Source: Spirochaetia bacterium (GTDB lineage: Bacteria; Spirochaetota; Spirochaetia; DSM-2461). From it: DNA of 64,000 nt. The DNA is taken from positions 2,336,001 to 2,400,000 of the forward strand of contig OY764216.1 of assembly GCA_963668315.1 (NCBI GenBank), written 5' to 3'. Every line of letters starts with the position of its first letter. Positions within the stretch are counted from its first letter, which is position 1. The notes under the pieces were generated by a model. That model worked only from the letters and a program-made list of their open reading frames with translations, did no database searches and was not told where the DNA came from. Shown here in pieces: positions 1 through 10,039 of the stretch. The position numbers and the translations under genes are program-made.

Positions 1-5
1 TCAAG

Positions 6-713
6 TTAAATGATCACAGGCGGATCTGTCATGAGCGCCTTGAACATATTCAGTTTTTTTTCCGATGAGCCGCCAGTCATATTTTCCAGGTGCTCCCTCA
101 TCTCTTTTCTGCGGGATTCTTCCCGTTCCCAGGGGCAGCATGTGGGAGGAATAATAACCTTTTGCTCTTGAATCCATTTTTCCACGACAGCTTCCTGAGC
201 CAGAATGAGGGGACGGATAATTCTTATATTTCTGCCTCCCTCAAGTGGATAGGTTCGGAGGGGGAGGAGGGGATCGATACGGCTTTGGTATACCAGATTC
301 ATGAGAAAGGTTTCCAGGCAGTCTTCCATATGGTGACCAAGAGCGACTGAAGAGAAATCCTCCTGTGACGCATAGGTAAGAAGAGCTTTTCGTCTGAGTC
401 GGGCACACAGGGAACAGCTCATGCCTTCTTCCCGCGGATTCAGAGGTATCTCATGATAGGGAATGCCCCACTGTTCACAGAGCTTTCTGTTGCGAAGGGA
501 GATATCCTCATTTTCCCAGGGCGCTTTTACGTGAACGGCCTTCGTCGTGAAGGGGATAGGACCGGATTGCCCCAGGGGAGGGAGAAAGCGGGCGAGGGCC
601 AGGGAATCTTTGCCTCCCGAGAGGGCGATGAGGACCCTGTCCTCTCTTGTGACGAGATCATATTCGCCAATGGCGCGGTTGATTCTTTTAGGCAGCAGTT
701 TGTCCGGTTTCAT
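6..713 (-). CDS. ttcA: tRNA 2-thiocytidine biosynthesis protein (PP-loop ATPase)
   Basis: PP-loop SGGKDS, CSLC, ALGHH, IIRPL and C-terminal CCP motifs. Confidence 0.85.
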   Translation of the reverse strand: MKPDKLLPKRINRAIGEYDLVTREDRVLIALSGGKDSLALARFLPPLGQSGPIPFTTKAVHVKAPWENEDISLRNRKLCEQWGIPYHEIPLNPREEGMSCSLCARLRRKALLTYASQEDFSSVALGHHMEDCLETFLMNLVYQSRIDPLLPLRTYPLEGGRNIRIIRPLILAQEAVVEKWIQEQKVIIPPTCCPWEREESRRKEMREHLENMTGGSSEKKLNMFKALMTDPPVII

Positions 714-1035
714 TTTCTCCCACAGGTATACCGATATCCGGATCTCCCTTGATGTTCCATTGGTTTTTTCTAGTCGGATAGGGAGGGCGGAATCGTGTTA
801 CGCAGATAGACATTTCTCTTTGAGTCATATGGCCGATTCCCTCCATTTCCTATGGTAAGAGAAAAACCCCTCAATGAAAAGGTTTTGCCTTCACAAGGCC
901 TCTCTTTTTACATTAAAACTGATTTTTTCGCTAAATTCGGACATATGGAGACGGAAGACCTTGAGGAAACATCCCGTATCTGTTAGCTTTCTGACCCATT
1001 ATCTATCACATAATTAAGGATTTCCCTGCTTTTTC

Positions 1036-2703
1036 ATGAAAAATCACAACGATCTCTTTTTTCCCATCCTGGTTTCAAAACCGAGAAACCTGAAGAATGA
1101 TGTATTATCGGGCCTGACTGTGGCTCTCGCCCTGGTCCCCGAAGCCATAGCCTTCGCCTTTATTCTGGGGATAGACCCCGTTATCGGTCTTCATGCCGCC
1201 TTTATGATGGGATTGATATCATCCCTTGTGGGAGGCCGGCCCGGGATGATATCCGGAGCGACAGGAGCGGTTGCCGTTATTCTCCAGCCTCTTGTCAAAG
1301 AGCAGCTGGAACAGGGGGGAATGGAAGCGGCCCTGGGCTACCTTTTTGCGGCTGTGTTTCTCATGGGTATTCTCCAGGTCCTCTTCGGGGTGCTGAAACT
1401 GGGCAAGCTGATTCGTCTGGTGCCCCATCCGGTCATGCTGGGTTTCGTCAACGGACTGGCCATCGTCATTTTCCGTTCACAGCTGGAGATGTTCCATCTT
1501 GAGGGGAATCTGGCTTCCCATGAGAAGACTGTCATCTGGGCCGTCATGGGAAGTTTGATTCTTCTGACCATGGCGATTAGTCATTTTATGCCTAAAATAA
1601 CGAAGGCCGTTCCGGCGACGCTGACTGCACTGGTTGTCGTGAGCCTTATCAGCTTTTTTCTCAACCGCCGGGGAATAGAGGTGAAAACAGTCATCGATTT
1701 TGTCCATTCCAAGGATCCTTCCAAGGTAACTCTGGCCGCTTCGCTTCCCCGGTTCTCCCTTCCCGGCGTCCCGTTTACTCTGGAGACTCTGCGGATTATC
1801 TTTCCCTATTCCGTTCTGGCCGCTTCGGTCGGTCTGATCGAATCCCTTATGACACTGACTCTGGTGGATGAGCTGACTGAGACCAGAGGGCATGGTAATC
1901 AGGAGTGCGTGGGGCAGGGAATTGCCAATATTATCAACGGGCTTTTCGGCGGTATGGGCGGCTGCGCCATGATAGGGCAGAGTGTCATTAACACGAGAGC
2001 CGGCGGTCGGGGACGGACTTCCGGATTTACCGCGGCCCTGTGTCTCTTGGGGTTTGTCCTTTTCGCCGCCCCCCTTATTGAGCAGATTCCCCTGGCCGCC
2101 CTGGTCGGTGTCATGTTCATGGTTGTTATAGGCACCTTTGAGTGGTCAAGCTTCCGCATTATCAAAGGAGTAAAGACATCGGACGCCCTGGTGATTATTC
2201 TCGTTTCCGCCATAACTGTCATAATCAATCTGGCTGTCGCCGTGGCTGTAGGGATTATCTTCTCTGCTCTGGTCTTTGCCTGGGAGAAGGGAAAACAGAT
2301 GGATGCCCGGGCCTATACGGATAAATTCGGGTATAAGATCTATCCCTTGACCGGCTCCCTTTTCTTTGGCTCGGCCCGTTCCTTCAGGGAGCTGTTCGAC
2401 TTTGACGGCGATCCTCTGGATGTGGTAATCGATTTCTCCTCATCCCGCGTGTATGACCATTCCGGCCTGGAGGCCATAGGCTTTGTGGCGGAAAAGTACG
2501 GACAGGCGGGGAAGAAGCTCCATCTTCTTAATCTGAGCGAAGAGTGCCGGTCTCTGCTGAAAAAGGCTGATAATATTGTAGAGGTGACCGTTATAGAGGG
2601 GCTCAACCACCATCTGGCCGATGATGAGCTGGCCTGGGGACAGGGATTGAGGCTGATGGACCGGCTTAAAAAAAGAAACGCCCGGGGCTCCTTACAGGTA
2701 TGA
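1036..2703 (+). CDS. SulP family anion permease with STAS domain
   Basis: GLTVALALVPEAIAF, GGRPGMISGATGA and GGMGGCAMIGQS signatures; C-terminal STAS (LFFGSA, DHSG). Confidence 0.93.
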   Translation: MKNHNDLFFPILVSKPRNLKNDVLSGLTVALALVPEAIAFAFILGIDPVIGLHAAFMMGLISSLVGGRPGMISGATGAVAVILQPLVKEQLEQGGMEAALGYLFAAVFLMGILQVLFGVLKLGKLIRLVPHPVMLGFVNGLAIVIFRSQLEMFHLEGNLASHEKTVIWAVMGSLILLTMAISHFMPKITKAVPATLTALVVVSLISFFLNRRGIEVKTVIDFVHSKDPSKVTLAASLPRFSLPGVPFTLETLRIIFPYSVLAASVGLIESLMTLTLVDELTETRGHGNQECVGQGIANIINGLFGGMGGCAMIGQSVINTRAGGRGRTSGFTAALCLLGFVLFAAPLIEQIPLAALVGVMFMVVIGTFEWSSFRIIKGVKTSDALVIILVSAITVIINLAVAVAVGIIFSALVFAWEKGKQMDARAYTDKFGYKIYPLTGSLFFGSARSFRELFDFDGDPLDVVIDFSSSRVYDHSGLEAIGFVAEKYGQAGKKLHLLNLSEECRSLLKKADNIVEVTVIEGLNHHLADDELAWGQGLRLMDRLKKRNARGSLQV

Positions 2704-2781
2704 ACTATCCCGGCAAAATATAAGTAAACGGCTTTTCCTCCCCTTCCATTCATGGTAGATTAGGAAAACAGGGGGGAATAC

Positions 2782-3477
2782 ATGAAAAACATAGGACTTC
2801 TGGGCGGGATGAGCTGGGAATCATCCGTCCATTATTATCGTATTCTGAATGAGGGAATCCGCGCAAAAATGGGGGGTGTCCATTCCGCCGTCTGTCTGCT
2901 TAAATCGGTGGATTTCGGCCTGATTGATGATCTTCAACATCAAGGGAAGTGGGAGGAACTGACCGAACTCATGATAAGGGAAGCCCGTAGTCTGGAAGAG
3001 GGCGGTGCCGATTGTCTTCTTATCTGCACAAATACCATGCACCTTATGGCTCCCCAGGTTCAAGACGCTCTTTCCATCCCTCTTCTCCACATAGCCGACA
3101 CCGCCGGAGAAGCTCTTGCCCGGGACGGGAGAAGCCGTGTGGCCCTTCTGGGAACCCGGTTTACCATGGAAAAGGATTTTTATACCAAACGGATCAGGGA
3201 GAAATACGGAGTGGAGGTGTTTATTCCCTCCGATGAGGACCGGGAGACCGTTCATAATACGATATACGGCGAACTGGTGAAGGGAATCTTCAAGGATGAA
3301 TCACGCCAGCGTTTTTCCGGGATTATCAATCGGCTGGCAGACGAGGGGGCGGAAGGCGTGATCCTGGGCTGTACCGAGATCCCTCTGCTTATCCAGCAGG
3401 AACACAGCGTCCTTCCCCTTTACAACACAATGGAAATTCATGCCCGCGCCGCTCTGGACTGGGCTCTGCAGGAATAG
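2782..3477 (+). CDS. Asp/Glu racemase family amino-acid racemase (YgeA/RacX-like)
   Basis: IGLLGGMSWES, CTNT and GCTE catalytic motifs. Confidence 0.93.
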   Translation: MKNIGLLGGMSWESSVHYYRILNEGIRAKMGGVHSAVCLLKSVDFGLIDDLQHQGKWEELTELMIREARSLEEGGADCLLICTNTMHLMAPQVQDALSIPLLHIADTAGEALARDGRSRVALLGTRFTMEKDFYTKRIREKYGVEVFIPSDEDRETVHNTIYGELVKGIFKDESRQRFSGIINRLADEGAEGVILGCTEIPLLIQQEHSVLPLYNTMEIHARAALDWALQE

Positions 3478-3489
3478 GAGGTGAATGAC

Positions 3490-4959
3490 ATGGGTGATAA
3501 GGAGACGAAATCAAGCATTCAGATAGGATTGCGGTCCTTTGTTACCGCCTGCGCCATTCTTCTGACCCTGATGGTATTGTCAGGGATTCTGACGAAGGTC
3601 ATCCCTTCCGGCGCTTACGAACGGGTCGAAATCGAAGGACGGAGTATGGTTGTTCAGGACTCCTACCGGGAGACGGGGAAGCCCGATTATCCCGTCTGGC
3701 GCTGGTTTACCGCTCCGGCGGAAGTTTTCTGGGGGGACAACTGGCTCATGGTGATGGTTCTTTCCCTGTTTATGATCTTCATCGGAGGGGCTTTTACGGT
3801 AATGGAGAAGGGGAGGATCATCGAGTCAATCATGGCATTGCTTATAGACCGGTTCAGGAAGCGGAAATATCTCCTGATGGGGGTGATCATGTTCGTCATG
3901 ATGTTTCTTGCCTCGGTTATCGGAATCTACGAGGCCATGATTCCCACCATCATATTTATCGTGCCCCTCTCTCTGGCTCTGGGATGGGACTCCCTGGTGG
4001 GACTCGGGATGACCCTGCTGGCCCTCTCCTTCGGTTTTTCCGCGGCGATAACCAATCCCTTTACCATCGGGGTCGCCCAGAATCTGGCCGATCTGCCCCT
4101 GTTCTCCGGCTCCTGGCTCAGGGTGATTTTCTTTGTTGTCATTTACTGCCTGGGATTTCTGTACGTCTACCGCTACGCCCGGAAAATCGAAGCGAATCCG
4201 GAGAAATCTCTGAGTTATAAAGAGGATGAGGCTATCAGACACCGCTATTCCGCCGAGAAGCTTCTGGCGAATCTGGCCCATGCTCAGGACAGAAAAATGA
4301 AAAAGGCGATCGTGAGTTTTTCCGTCTGCCTGGGACTGGCTCTGGCCGTTCTTTTTTTTGCCGCCCTTTCTCCGGGGATTCCCACGGATTACGCCTTTCC
4401 CGTTCTTTCGATCCTTTTCCTCCTGGGCGGAATCCTGGCGGGACGGGCTGTGGATATAAGAGGACTAAATCTCATGAAAACCCTGGGGCAGGGAGCATTG
4501 AGCATGGCGCCGGGGATTCTCCTCATCGTCATGGCCATGAGTATTCCCCATATCATGACCCGGGGCGGCGTTATGGATACGATTCTGTTTCGTGCCGGAA
4601 AGATAATCGGGGGAACGGGGCTCTATGCCGCCGGCTTTCTGGTTTATCTGCTTACCCTGATCCTGAATTTCTTCATTTCCAGCGCTTCGGCCAAGGCTTT
4701 TCTGATCATGCCGATTCTTGTCCCCCTGGCGGATCTTCTAAACCTTACCAGACAGACTGTTATTCTGGCCTTTGATCTGGGGGACGGCTTCAGCAATATC
4801 ATCTTTCCCACCAACGCTCTCTTGCTGATCGCCCTGGGATTTACCAGTATCAGCTATACCCGGTGGATCAAATGGACCTGGAAGATTCAGCTCGCCATCT
4901 TCTCCCTGTCCATGGTCTTCCTGGCCTTTGCCGTGAAGATAGGATTCGGGCCGTTTTGA
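3490..4959 (+). CDS. YfcC/C4-dicarboxylate anaerobic carrier family transporter
   Basis: Multi-TM protein with NPFTIGVAQ, MPILVPLAD and GDGFSN motifs; ATG 3490 preferred because GGAGGT SD lies upstream. Confidence 0.85.
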   Translation: MGDKETKSSIQIGLRSFVTACAILLTLMVLSGILTKVIPSGAYERVEIEGRSMVVQDSYRETGKPDYPVWRWFTAPAEVFWGDNWLMVMVLSLFMIFIGGAFTVMEKGRIIESIMALLIDRFRKRKYLLMGVIMFVMMFLASVIGIYEAMIPTIIFIVPLSLALGWDSLVGLGMTLLALSFGFSAAITNPFTIGVAQNLADLPLFSGSWLRVIFFVVIYCLGFLYVYRYARKIEANPEKSLSYKEDEAIRHRYSAEKLLANLAHAQDRKMKKAIVSFSVCLGLALAVLFFAALSPGIPTDYAFPVLSILFLLGGILAGRAVDIRGLNLMKTLGQGALSMAPGILLIVMAMSIPHIMTRGGVMDTILFRAGKIIGGTGLYAAGFLVYLLTLILNFFISSASAKAFLIMPILVPLADLLNLTRQTVILAFDLGDGFSNIIFPTNALLLIALGFTSISYTRWIKWTWKIQLAIFSLSMVFLAFAVKIGFGPF

Positions 4960-5022
4960 CAGAGAATCGGCAGAAGGGAAAAAAGCAGGAATCTACTCAT
5001 AGGTAGAATGTACAAAAAAGAC

Positions 5023-5051
5023 TGGCCATATGCGTAAAACAGATATATAAT
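5023..5051 (+). promoter_or_regulatory. Putative sigma70 promoter of alanine symporter gene
   Basis: TGGCCA-N17-TATAAT. Confidence 0.45.
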
Positions 5052-5199
5052 GTCCTCTATTGCCGTATATCGAAGATATATCGATTTATAACGGAGAAAT
5101 AATAAATAAAGCCCTATTGATAACTCAAATCAACCATGCTGCTGATGGGCAAATAGGAACAATTCTTTTTCCAATCGAAATTAAAAATGGGAGTTACAA

Positions 5200-6606
5200 G
5201 TGGAAAAAATTACTCAAATTATCAGTGCGGTCAACGGTTTCGCCTGGGGGCCGGTCATGATTGTATTTCTTGTGGGAACGGGTATTCTTCTGTCTCTGGG
5301 TACTGGATTCCTGCAATTCAGAAAACTGGGGACAGCCTTCCGTCTTCTTTTTTCAAAGAAACATGAGGGGGAAGGGGATATAACCCCTTTTCAGGCTCTG
5401 ATGACCTCCCTGTCCGCGACCATCGGCACGGGCAATATCGCCGGAGTGGCCACAGCCATCGTTATGGGCGGTCCCGGCGCTGTTTTCTGGATGTGGGTTA
5501 CCGCCGCCTTCGGGGGAGCCACCAAATTCGGAGAGGCCGTTCTGGCCGTACGCTACAGGGAAATCAATGAGAAGGGCGAGCAGTCAGGCGGACCCATGTA
5601 CTATATTAAAAACGGCATGAAAGAGAAATTCGGGGGAAACTGGAGCTGGCTCGGCTGGCTGTTCGCCCTGTTCGGCGTGGTGGCTTCCTTCGGTATCGGA
5701 TGTATGGTTCAGTCCAACTCCGTCGCTTCCGCCCTGAATCTGAGCTTCGGCCTTCCCGTTCTTATTTCAGGAATCGCCATCGCCGCTCTGGCCGGACTCG
5801 TCATCCTGGGCGGGATTAAATCCATTGCCGGTTTCGCCTCTAAAATCGTTCCCTTTATGGCCCTTTTCTATGTACTGGCTTCCCTGTTCGTTCTCGTTTC
5901 ACGGGGGAATTTGATTCCCCAGGCTTTCGGAATGATTTTTTCCCACGCCTTCAACAGCAACGCAGTCTCTGGAGGTCTTATCGGTACGGTTATCCGCTTC
6001 GGGGTCGCCCGGGGCGTTTTCTCCAATGAAGCCGGCCTGGGAAGCGCGCCCATCGCCCATGCGGCGTCCTCCAATGACAACCCCTATACGCAGGGGCTGA
6101 TCGCGTCTCTCGGCTCCTTTATTGATACCCTGGTCGTCTGTACCATGACGGCCCTGGTTATTCTGATATCCGGCACGGTTGCCATCGGATCGGACGGTCT
6201 CTTTCAAGCGGCCGGAGGTCTCAACGGTGCCGCTCTGACGACGGAAGCCTACAATTCCGTTCTTCCCGGCATCGGGCGCTATGTCGTTTCCATCGGAATC
6301 ATCTTCTTTGCGTTCTCCACCATACTCGGATGGTTCTATTACGGATCCAAATGTCTGGAATATATCGCCGGGGTCAGGGCCGTCATCTTCTATAAAGTTC
6401 TGTATATCCTCTTCGCGCTGGTGGGTGCTGTTCTCAAAATCGGTATCGTCTGGGATCTTTCCGACACTTTCAACGGATTAATGGCTATTCCCAACCTGAT
6501 TGCTCTGATCTCCCTGAGTTCCATTATCTTTGCAACAGCCAGGAAGGGAAGAGTCGATCTGGAGGATTCCCTGCCGGGAAACATGGCCGCCGAATTTTCC
6601 TCATAG
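5200..6606 (+). CDS. Sodium:alanine/glycine symporter (AGCS family)
   Basis: GTGNIAGVATAI, GGPGAVFWMW, GGPMYY and FSNEAGLGSAP motifs; GTG start. Confidence 0.95.
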   Translation: MEKITQIISAVNGFAWGPVMIVFLVGTGILLSLGTGFLQFRKLGTAFRLLFSKKHEGEGDITPFQALMTSLSATIGTGNIAGVATAIVMGGPGAVFWMWVTAAFGGATKFGEAVLAVRYREINEKGEQSGGPMYYIKNGMKEKFGGNWSWLGWLFALFGVVASFGIGCMVQSNSVASALNLSFGLPVLISGIAIAALAGLVILGGIKSIAGFASKIVPFMALFYVLASLFVLVSRGNLIPQAFGMIFSHAFNSNAVSGGLIGTVIRFGVARGVFSNEAGLGSAPIAHAASSNDNPYTQGLIASLGSFIDTLVVCTMTALVILISGTVAIGSDGLFQAAGGLNGAALTTEAYNSVLPGIGRYVVSIGIIFFAFSTILGWFYYGSKCLEYIAGVRAVIFYKVLYILFALVGAVLKIGIVWDLSDTFNGLMAIPNLIALISLSSIIFATARKGRVDLEDSLPGNMAAEFSS

Positions 6607-6771
6607 AGCCTTAACGGGATGGATACCCGGTTCCCTTTGGGTCCGGGGATCCCCTATAAATGAACCGTACTGTGTTTTAACCGTTTATTGATTTTTCCTT
6701 AACCGATTAATAATGATTCCCTATCATTCTTTTCTTCATAATTTCGCCGGAAACCCGGCGCGGAGGAAAAG

Positions 6772-8133
6772 ATGAAAAAATTGGGAATGTTAATTCTGGC
6801 CATATCCCTGGCCTGTACGGCTCTGTGGTCCAACGGAGCCGGAGATGCGGAAAAGGCTGATGCCGCGGCTGGTAAAGCCAAGGGGCCGGTTGAGATTTAC
6901 TGGTGGCACGCCATGGGCGGAGCCAACGGAGAAAAGATCGACCAGATTGCGACGGCCTTCAATGAAAGGCAGTCCGATTACAAAGTTATCCCCGTGAACA
7001 AGGGGAGCTATTCCGATACGATGACGGCGGGAATCGCCGCTTTCCGTTCGGGTGAACAGCCCCACATCATTCAGGTATACGAAGTGGGAACGGGAACCAT
7101 GATGGCCGCCAAGGGCGCTATCAAGCCGGTTTATCAGCTCATGGAAGAGGCGGGGGCGGACTTTGATCCTTCGGCCTATCTGGGAACGGTCACCGGTTAC
7201 TACACCACGTCCCAGGGCCAGATGCTCTCCATGCCCTTCAACAGTTCCACTCCGGTCATGTACTATAATAAGGACGCCTTCGCCGCGGCGGGGCTTGATC
7301 CGGAAAATCCCCCCCAAACCTGGGAAGAAGTGGCCGAAGTCTCCCGCATCCTTGTAGATAAGGGCGTCGTATCCGCCGGTTTCACCACCACATGGCCTTC
7401 CTGGCTGATGGTGGAAAACTTCAGCGCCATCCACAATATCCCTCTCTCCACCCGATCCAACGGCTTCGACGGCATGGATGCGGAGTTTGTCTTCAACAAG
7501 ACTCTCGTCGTCAAACAGCACGAAATGCTGGCCAAGTGGCAGAAAGAGAATATTTTCAAGTACGGGGGAAGACAGAGTACAGCCGGTCCCCTGTTCAATT
7601 CGGGCGAAGTGGCCATGACCTTCGGATCCTCCGCCGGATACTCCGGATACAAGCAGAACTGCGACTTTAACTTCGGAACCTCCTACCTTCCTTACTGGGC
7701 TTCCGACGTGGACGGCATTCAGAACTCCATCATAGGCGGAGCCTCCCTGTGGGTATTCGAAGGGCATACCGATGTGGAATACAAGGGTGTCGCCGAGTTT
7801 TTCTCCTATCTTTCCAGCGCCGAGGTTCAGGCCGACTGGCATCAGTTCACCGGCTACCTGCCCATTACCTACGCTGCCTATGACCTGACAAAATCCCAGG
7901 GCTTCTACGATACCAATCCCGGAACGGAAACCGCTCTGATTCAGATGACCACCAATCAGCCCACGGCTAATTCCAAGGGACTACGCTTCGGTAATTACAA
8001 CCAGATCAGAGATATCATCAATGACGAGCAGGAAGCCATCTTCGCCGGCGAGAAGACCGCCCAGCAGGGTATGGACGATGCCGTTAAAAGGGCAAATGAG
8101 CTGCTCAGGCAGTTTGAGAAGGCCAACAGTTAA
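6772..8133 (+). CDS. ugpB: sn-glycerol-3-phosphate ABC transporter substrate-binding protein
   Basis: WWHAM, QVYEVGT, PFNSSTP, IGGASLW and TGYLP motifs; signal peptide. Confidence 0.88.
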   Translation: MKKLGMLILAISLACTALWSNGAGDAEKADAAAGKAKGPVEIYWWHAMGGANGEKIDQIATAFNERQSDYKVIPVNKGSYSDTMTAGIAAFRSGEQPHIIQVYEVGTGTMMAAKGAIKPVYQLMEEAGADFDPSAYLGTVTGYYTTSQGQMLSMPFNSSTPVMYYNKDAFAAAGLDPENPPQTWEEVAEVSRILVDKGVVSAGFTTTWPSWLMVENFSAIHNIPLSTRSNGFDGMDAEFVFNKTLVVKQHEMLAKWQKENIFKYGGRQSTAGPLFNSGEVAMTFGSSAGYSGYKQNCDFNFGTSYLPYWASDVDGIQNSIIGGASLWVFEGHTDVEYKGVAEFFSYLSSAEVQADWHQFTGYLPITYAAYDLTKSQGFYDTNPGTETALIQMTTNQPTANSKGLRFGNYNQIRDIINDEQEAIFAGEKTAQQGMDDAVKRANELLRQFEKANS

Positions 8134-8171
8134 GGGAATACCTTCCCGTTAGTCATACAAAAGGGGAACTT

Positions 8172-8206
8172 GAGGGCCGCAGGGATTTCGTCTTCTTTGC
8201 GGCTCC
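8172..8206 (+). terminator. Stem-loop after ugpB (partial terminator or mRNA stabiliser)
   Basis: GGCCGCAGGGA...TCTTTGCGGCT inverted repeat. Confidence 0.5.
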
Positions 8207-8243
8207 GTTCTCTTGTCATATCAATTGATTTTACAGGTACTCC

Positions 8244-9125
8244 ATGCGCGATAAACAAATTATCTATAAAAACAGAATATTGCCCTATCTCCTTATTCTG
8301 CCGGAATTCATTATAATTCTGCTGTTTTTTTTCTGGCCCGCCGCTCAGGCTTTTTATCAGTCCTTTCTGAGGGAAGATCCCTTCGGACTGAGTTCCACTT
8401 TCATTTGGTTCGAGAACTACCGGAATGTCCTGGGCGACTCCTTCTATCTGTTATCTCTCCGAACCACGGTTCTTTTCTCCTTCTGGATAACCCTTTTGTC
8501 CATGGCTTCCGGCCTGGCACTGGCCTGGCTCGTCTTTCAGCTGAAAAAAAGGGAGATGTACCAGACCTTTATCATCTGGCCCTATGCCCTGGCACCCGCC
8601 GTGACGGGAGTCATCTGGTTTTTCATATTCAATCCGACTCTGGGGGTTCTGCCCTGGTTTCTTTCTCTTTTCGGCCTGGGATGGGATCCCAAGCTTCTGG
8701 GAGATCAGGCCTTTCTCATGGTCATCATAGCCCTGTCCTGGAAACAGATCAGCTACAACTTCCTTTTCTACCTGGCCGGACTTGAGGGGATTCCCAAGTC
8801 CTATACTGAGGCGGCCATGGTGGCCGGAGCGTCACGGAAGCAGATCTTTTTCCTTATTATCAGGCCCCTCCTGGCTCCGACAACCTTCTTCCTTCTGACC
8901 ATGAATATGCTCTACACGCTCTTCGATTCCTTCGGCGCCATTCACAACCTGACCCAGGGGGGACCGAACCATGCCACGGAAAACCTCGTCTATAAGGTTT
9001 ATGCCGACGGTTTCATCGGTCTGAATCTGGGGAGCTCGTCGGCCCAGTCGGTCATCATAATGGTCATGGCCATCGGGCTGACACTCTTCCAGTTTAAATT
9101 CACCGATAAGGGAGGTCGTACATGA
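8244..9125 (+). CDS. ugpA: G3P ABC transporter permease
   Basis: CUT1 permease with EAA loop; WKQISYNFLFYLAGL. Confidence 0.85.
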   Translation: MRDKQIIYKNRILPYLLILPEFIIILLFFFWPAAQAFYQSFLREDPFGLSSTFIWFENYRNVLGDSFYLLSLRTTVLFSFWITLLSMASGLALAWLVFQLKKREMYQTFIIWPYALAPAVTGVIWFFIFNPTLGVLPWFLSLFGLGWDPKLLGDQAFLMVIIALSWKQISYNFLFYLAGLEGIPKSYTEAAMVAGASRKQIFFLIIRPLLAPTTFFLLTMNMLYTLFDSFGAIHNLTQGGPNHATENLVYKVYADGFIGLNLGSSSAQSVIIMVMAIGLTLFQFKFTDKGGRT

Positions 9126-9970
9126 AAGACAAATTGGGGATTATCGCCATAAGAGCCGTGGTCATACTGGCCATCCTTGTCATGTTTTTTCCCGTGTACA
9201 TGACCTTCGTGGGGGCCTCCCAGAGCATGACGGCCCTCCTTAAAAAGCCCGTCCCCCTCCTGCCGGGCCCCTATCTTCTGGACAATCTGAAAATCGCGCT
9301 TCTATCCGGCGCCCGTTCGGCGGGACAGTTTTCCGCATCGGGGCTGACCATGCTCAAGAATACCCTGATCATTACAGCGGGAATTACCCTGGGAAAAATC
9401 GTGATCAGCTTCCTGGCCGCCTACGGCCTGGCCTATTTCAACTTCAGGGGCAAGGAGGTCTTTTTCTGGATGGTGATCATCACCCTGATGCTTCCCCTGG
9501 AAGTGAGGATTATCCCCACCTATGAGATTACCGCCGCCCTGGGACTTCTGAATTCTTTCGCGGGCATCATTCTTCCCTCCATCGCCTCGGCCACGGCCAC
9601 CTTTCTGTACCGGCAGACATTCAAGAACCTGCCCGAGGAGATTACCGAGGCCGCCATGATAGACGGGGCCGGCCCCCTCTCCTTCATGGCGAGGATTCTG
9701 CTGCCCATGACTCAGACCGTTACGGCCGCTCTGGTGGTTATCCAGTTTATCTACGGCTGGAACATCTACCTGTGGCCCCTTCTCATCACCACCGATCCCC
9801 AGCTCCATCCCATCGTCGTGGGTATCTACAACATGCTCAATGCCGGGGACAAGCAGGCGGAGTGGAATGTCATGATGGCGGCGACACTCATCGCCATGGT
9901 TCCTCCCATTCTTGTTATCGTTACCATGCAGAAGCAGTTCATAGACGGAATGAACGACCGGGACAAATAA
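9122..9970 (+). CDS. ugpE: G3P ABC transporter permease
   Basis: TLMLPLEVRIIPT, ASATATFLYRQ and EAAMIDGA; ATGA overlap with ugpA. Confidence 0.85.
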   Translation: MKDKLGIIAIRAVVILAILVMFFPVYMTFVGASQSMTALLKKPVPLLPGPYLLDNLKIALLSGARSAGQFSASGLTMLKNTLIITAGITLGKIVISFLAAYGLAYFNFRGKEVFFWMVIITLMLPLEVRIIPTYEITAALGLLNSFAGIILPSIASATATFLYRQTFKNLPEEITEAAMIDGAGPLSFMARILLPMTQTVTAALVVIQFIYGWNIYLWPLLITTDPQLHPIVVGIYNMLNAGDKQAEWNVMMAATLIAMVPPILVIVTMQKQFIDGMNDRDK

Positions 9971-10039
9971 AAATAAATTGTGATATACCGGTTCTTCCCT
10001 TATACTTTATTTAAGAATAAAGCATAAAGGGAAGGCCGG

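Noticed and set aside
4960..5199. Glycine riboswitch before the AGCS symporter
   Set aside because: No GGAGA..CCGAAG..CUCAGG aptamer core
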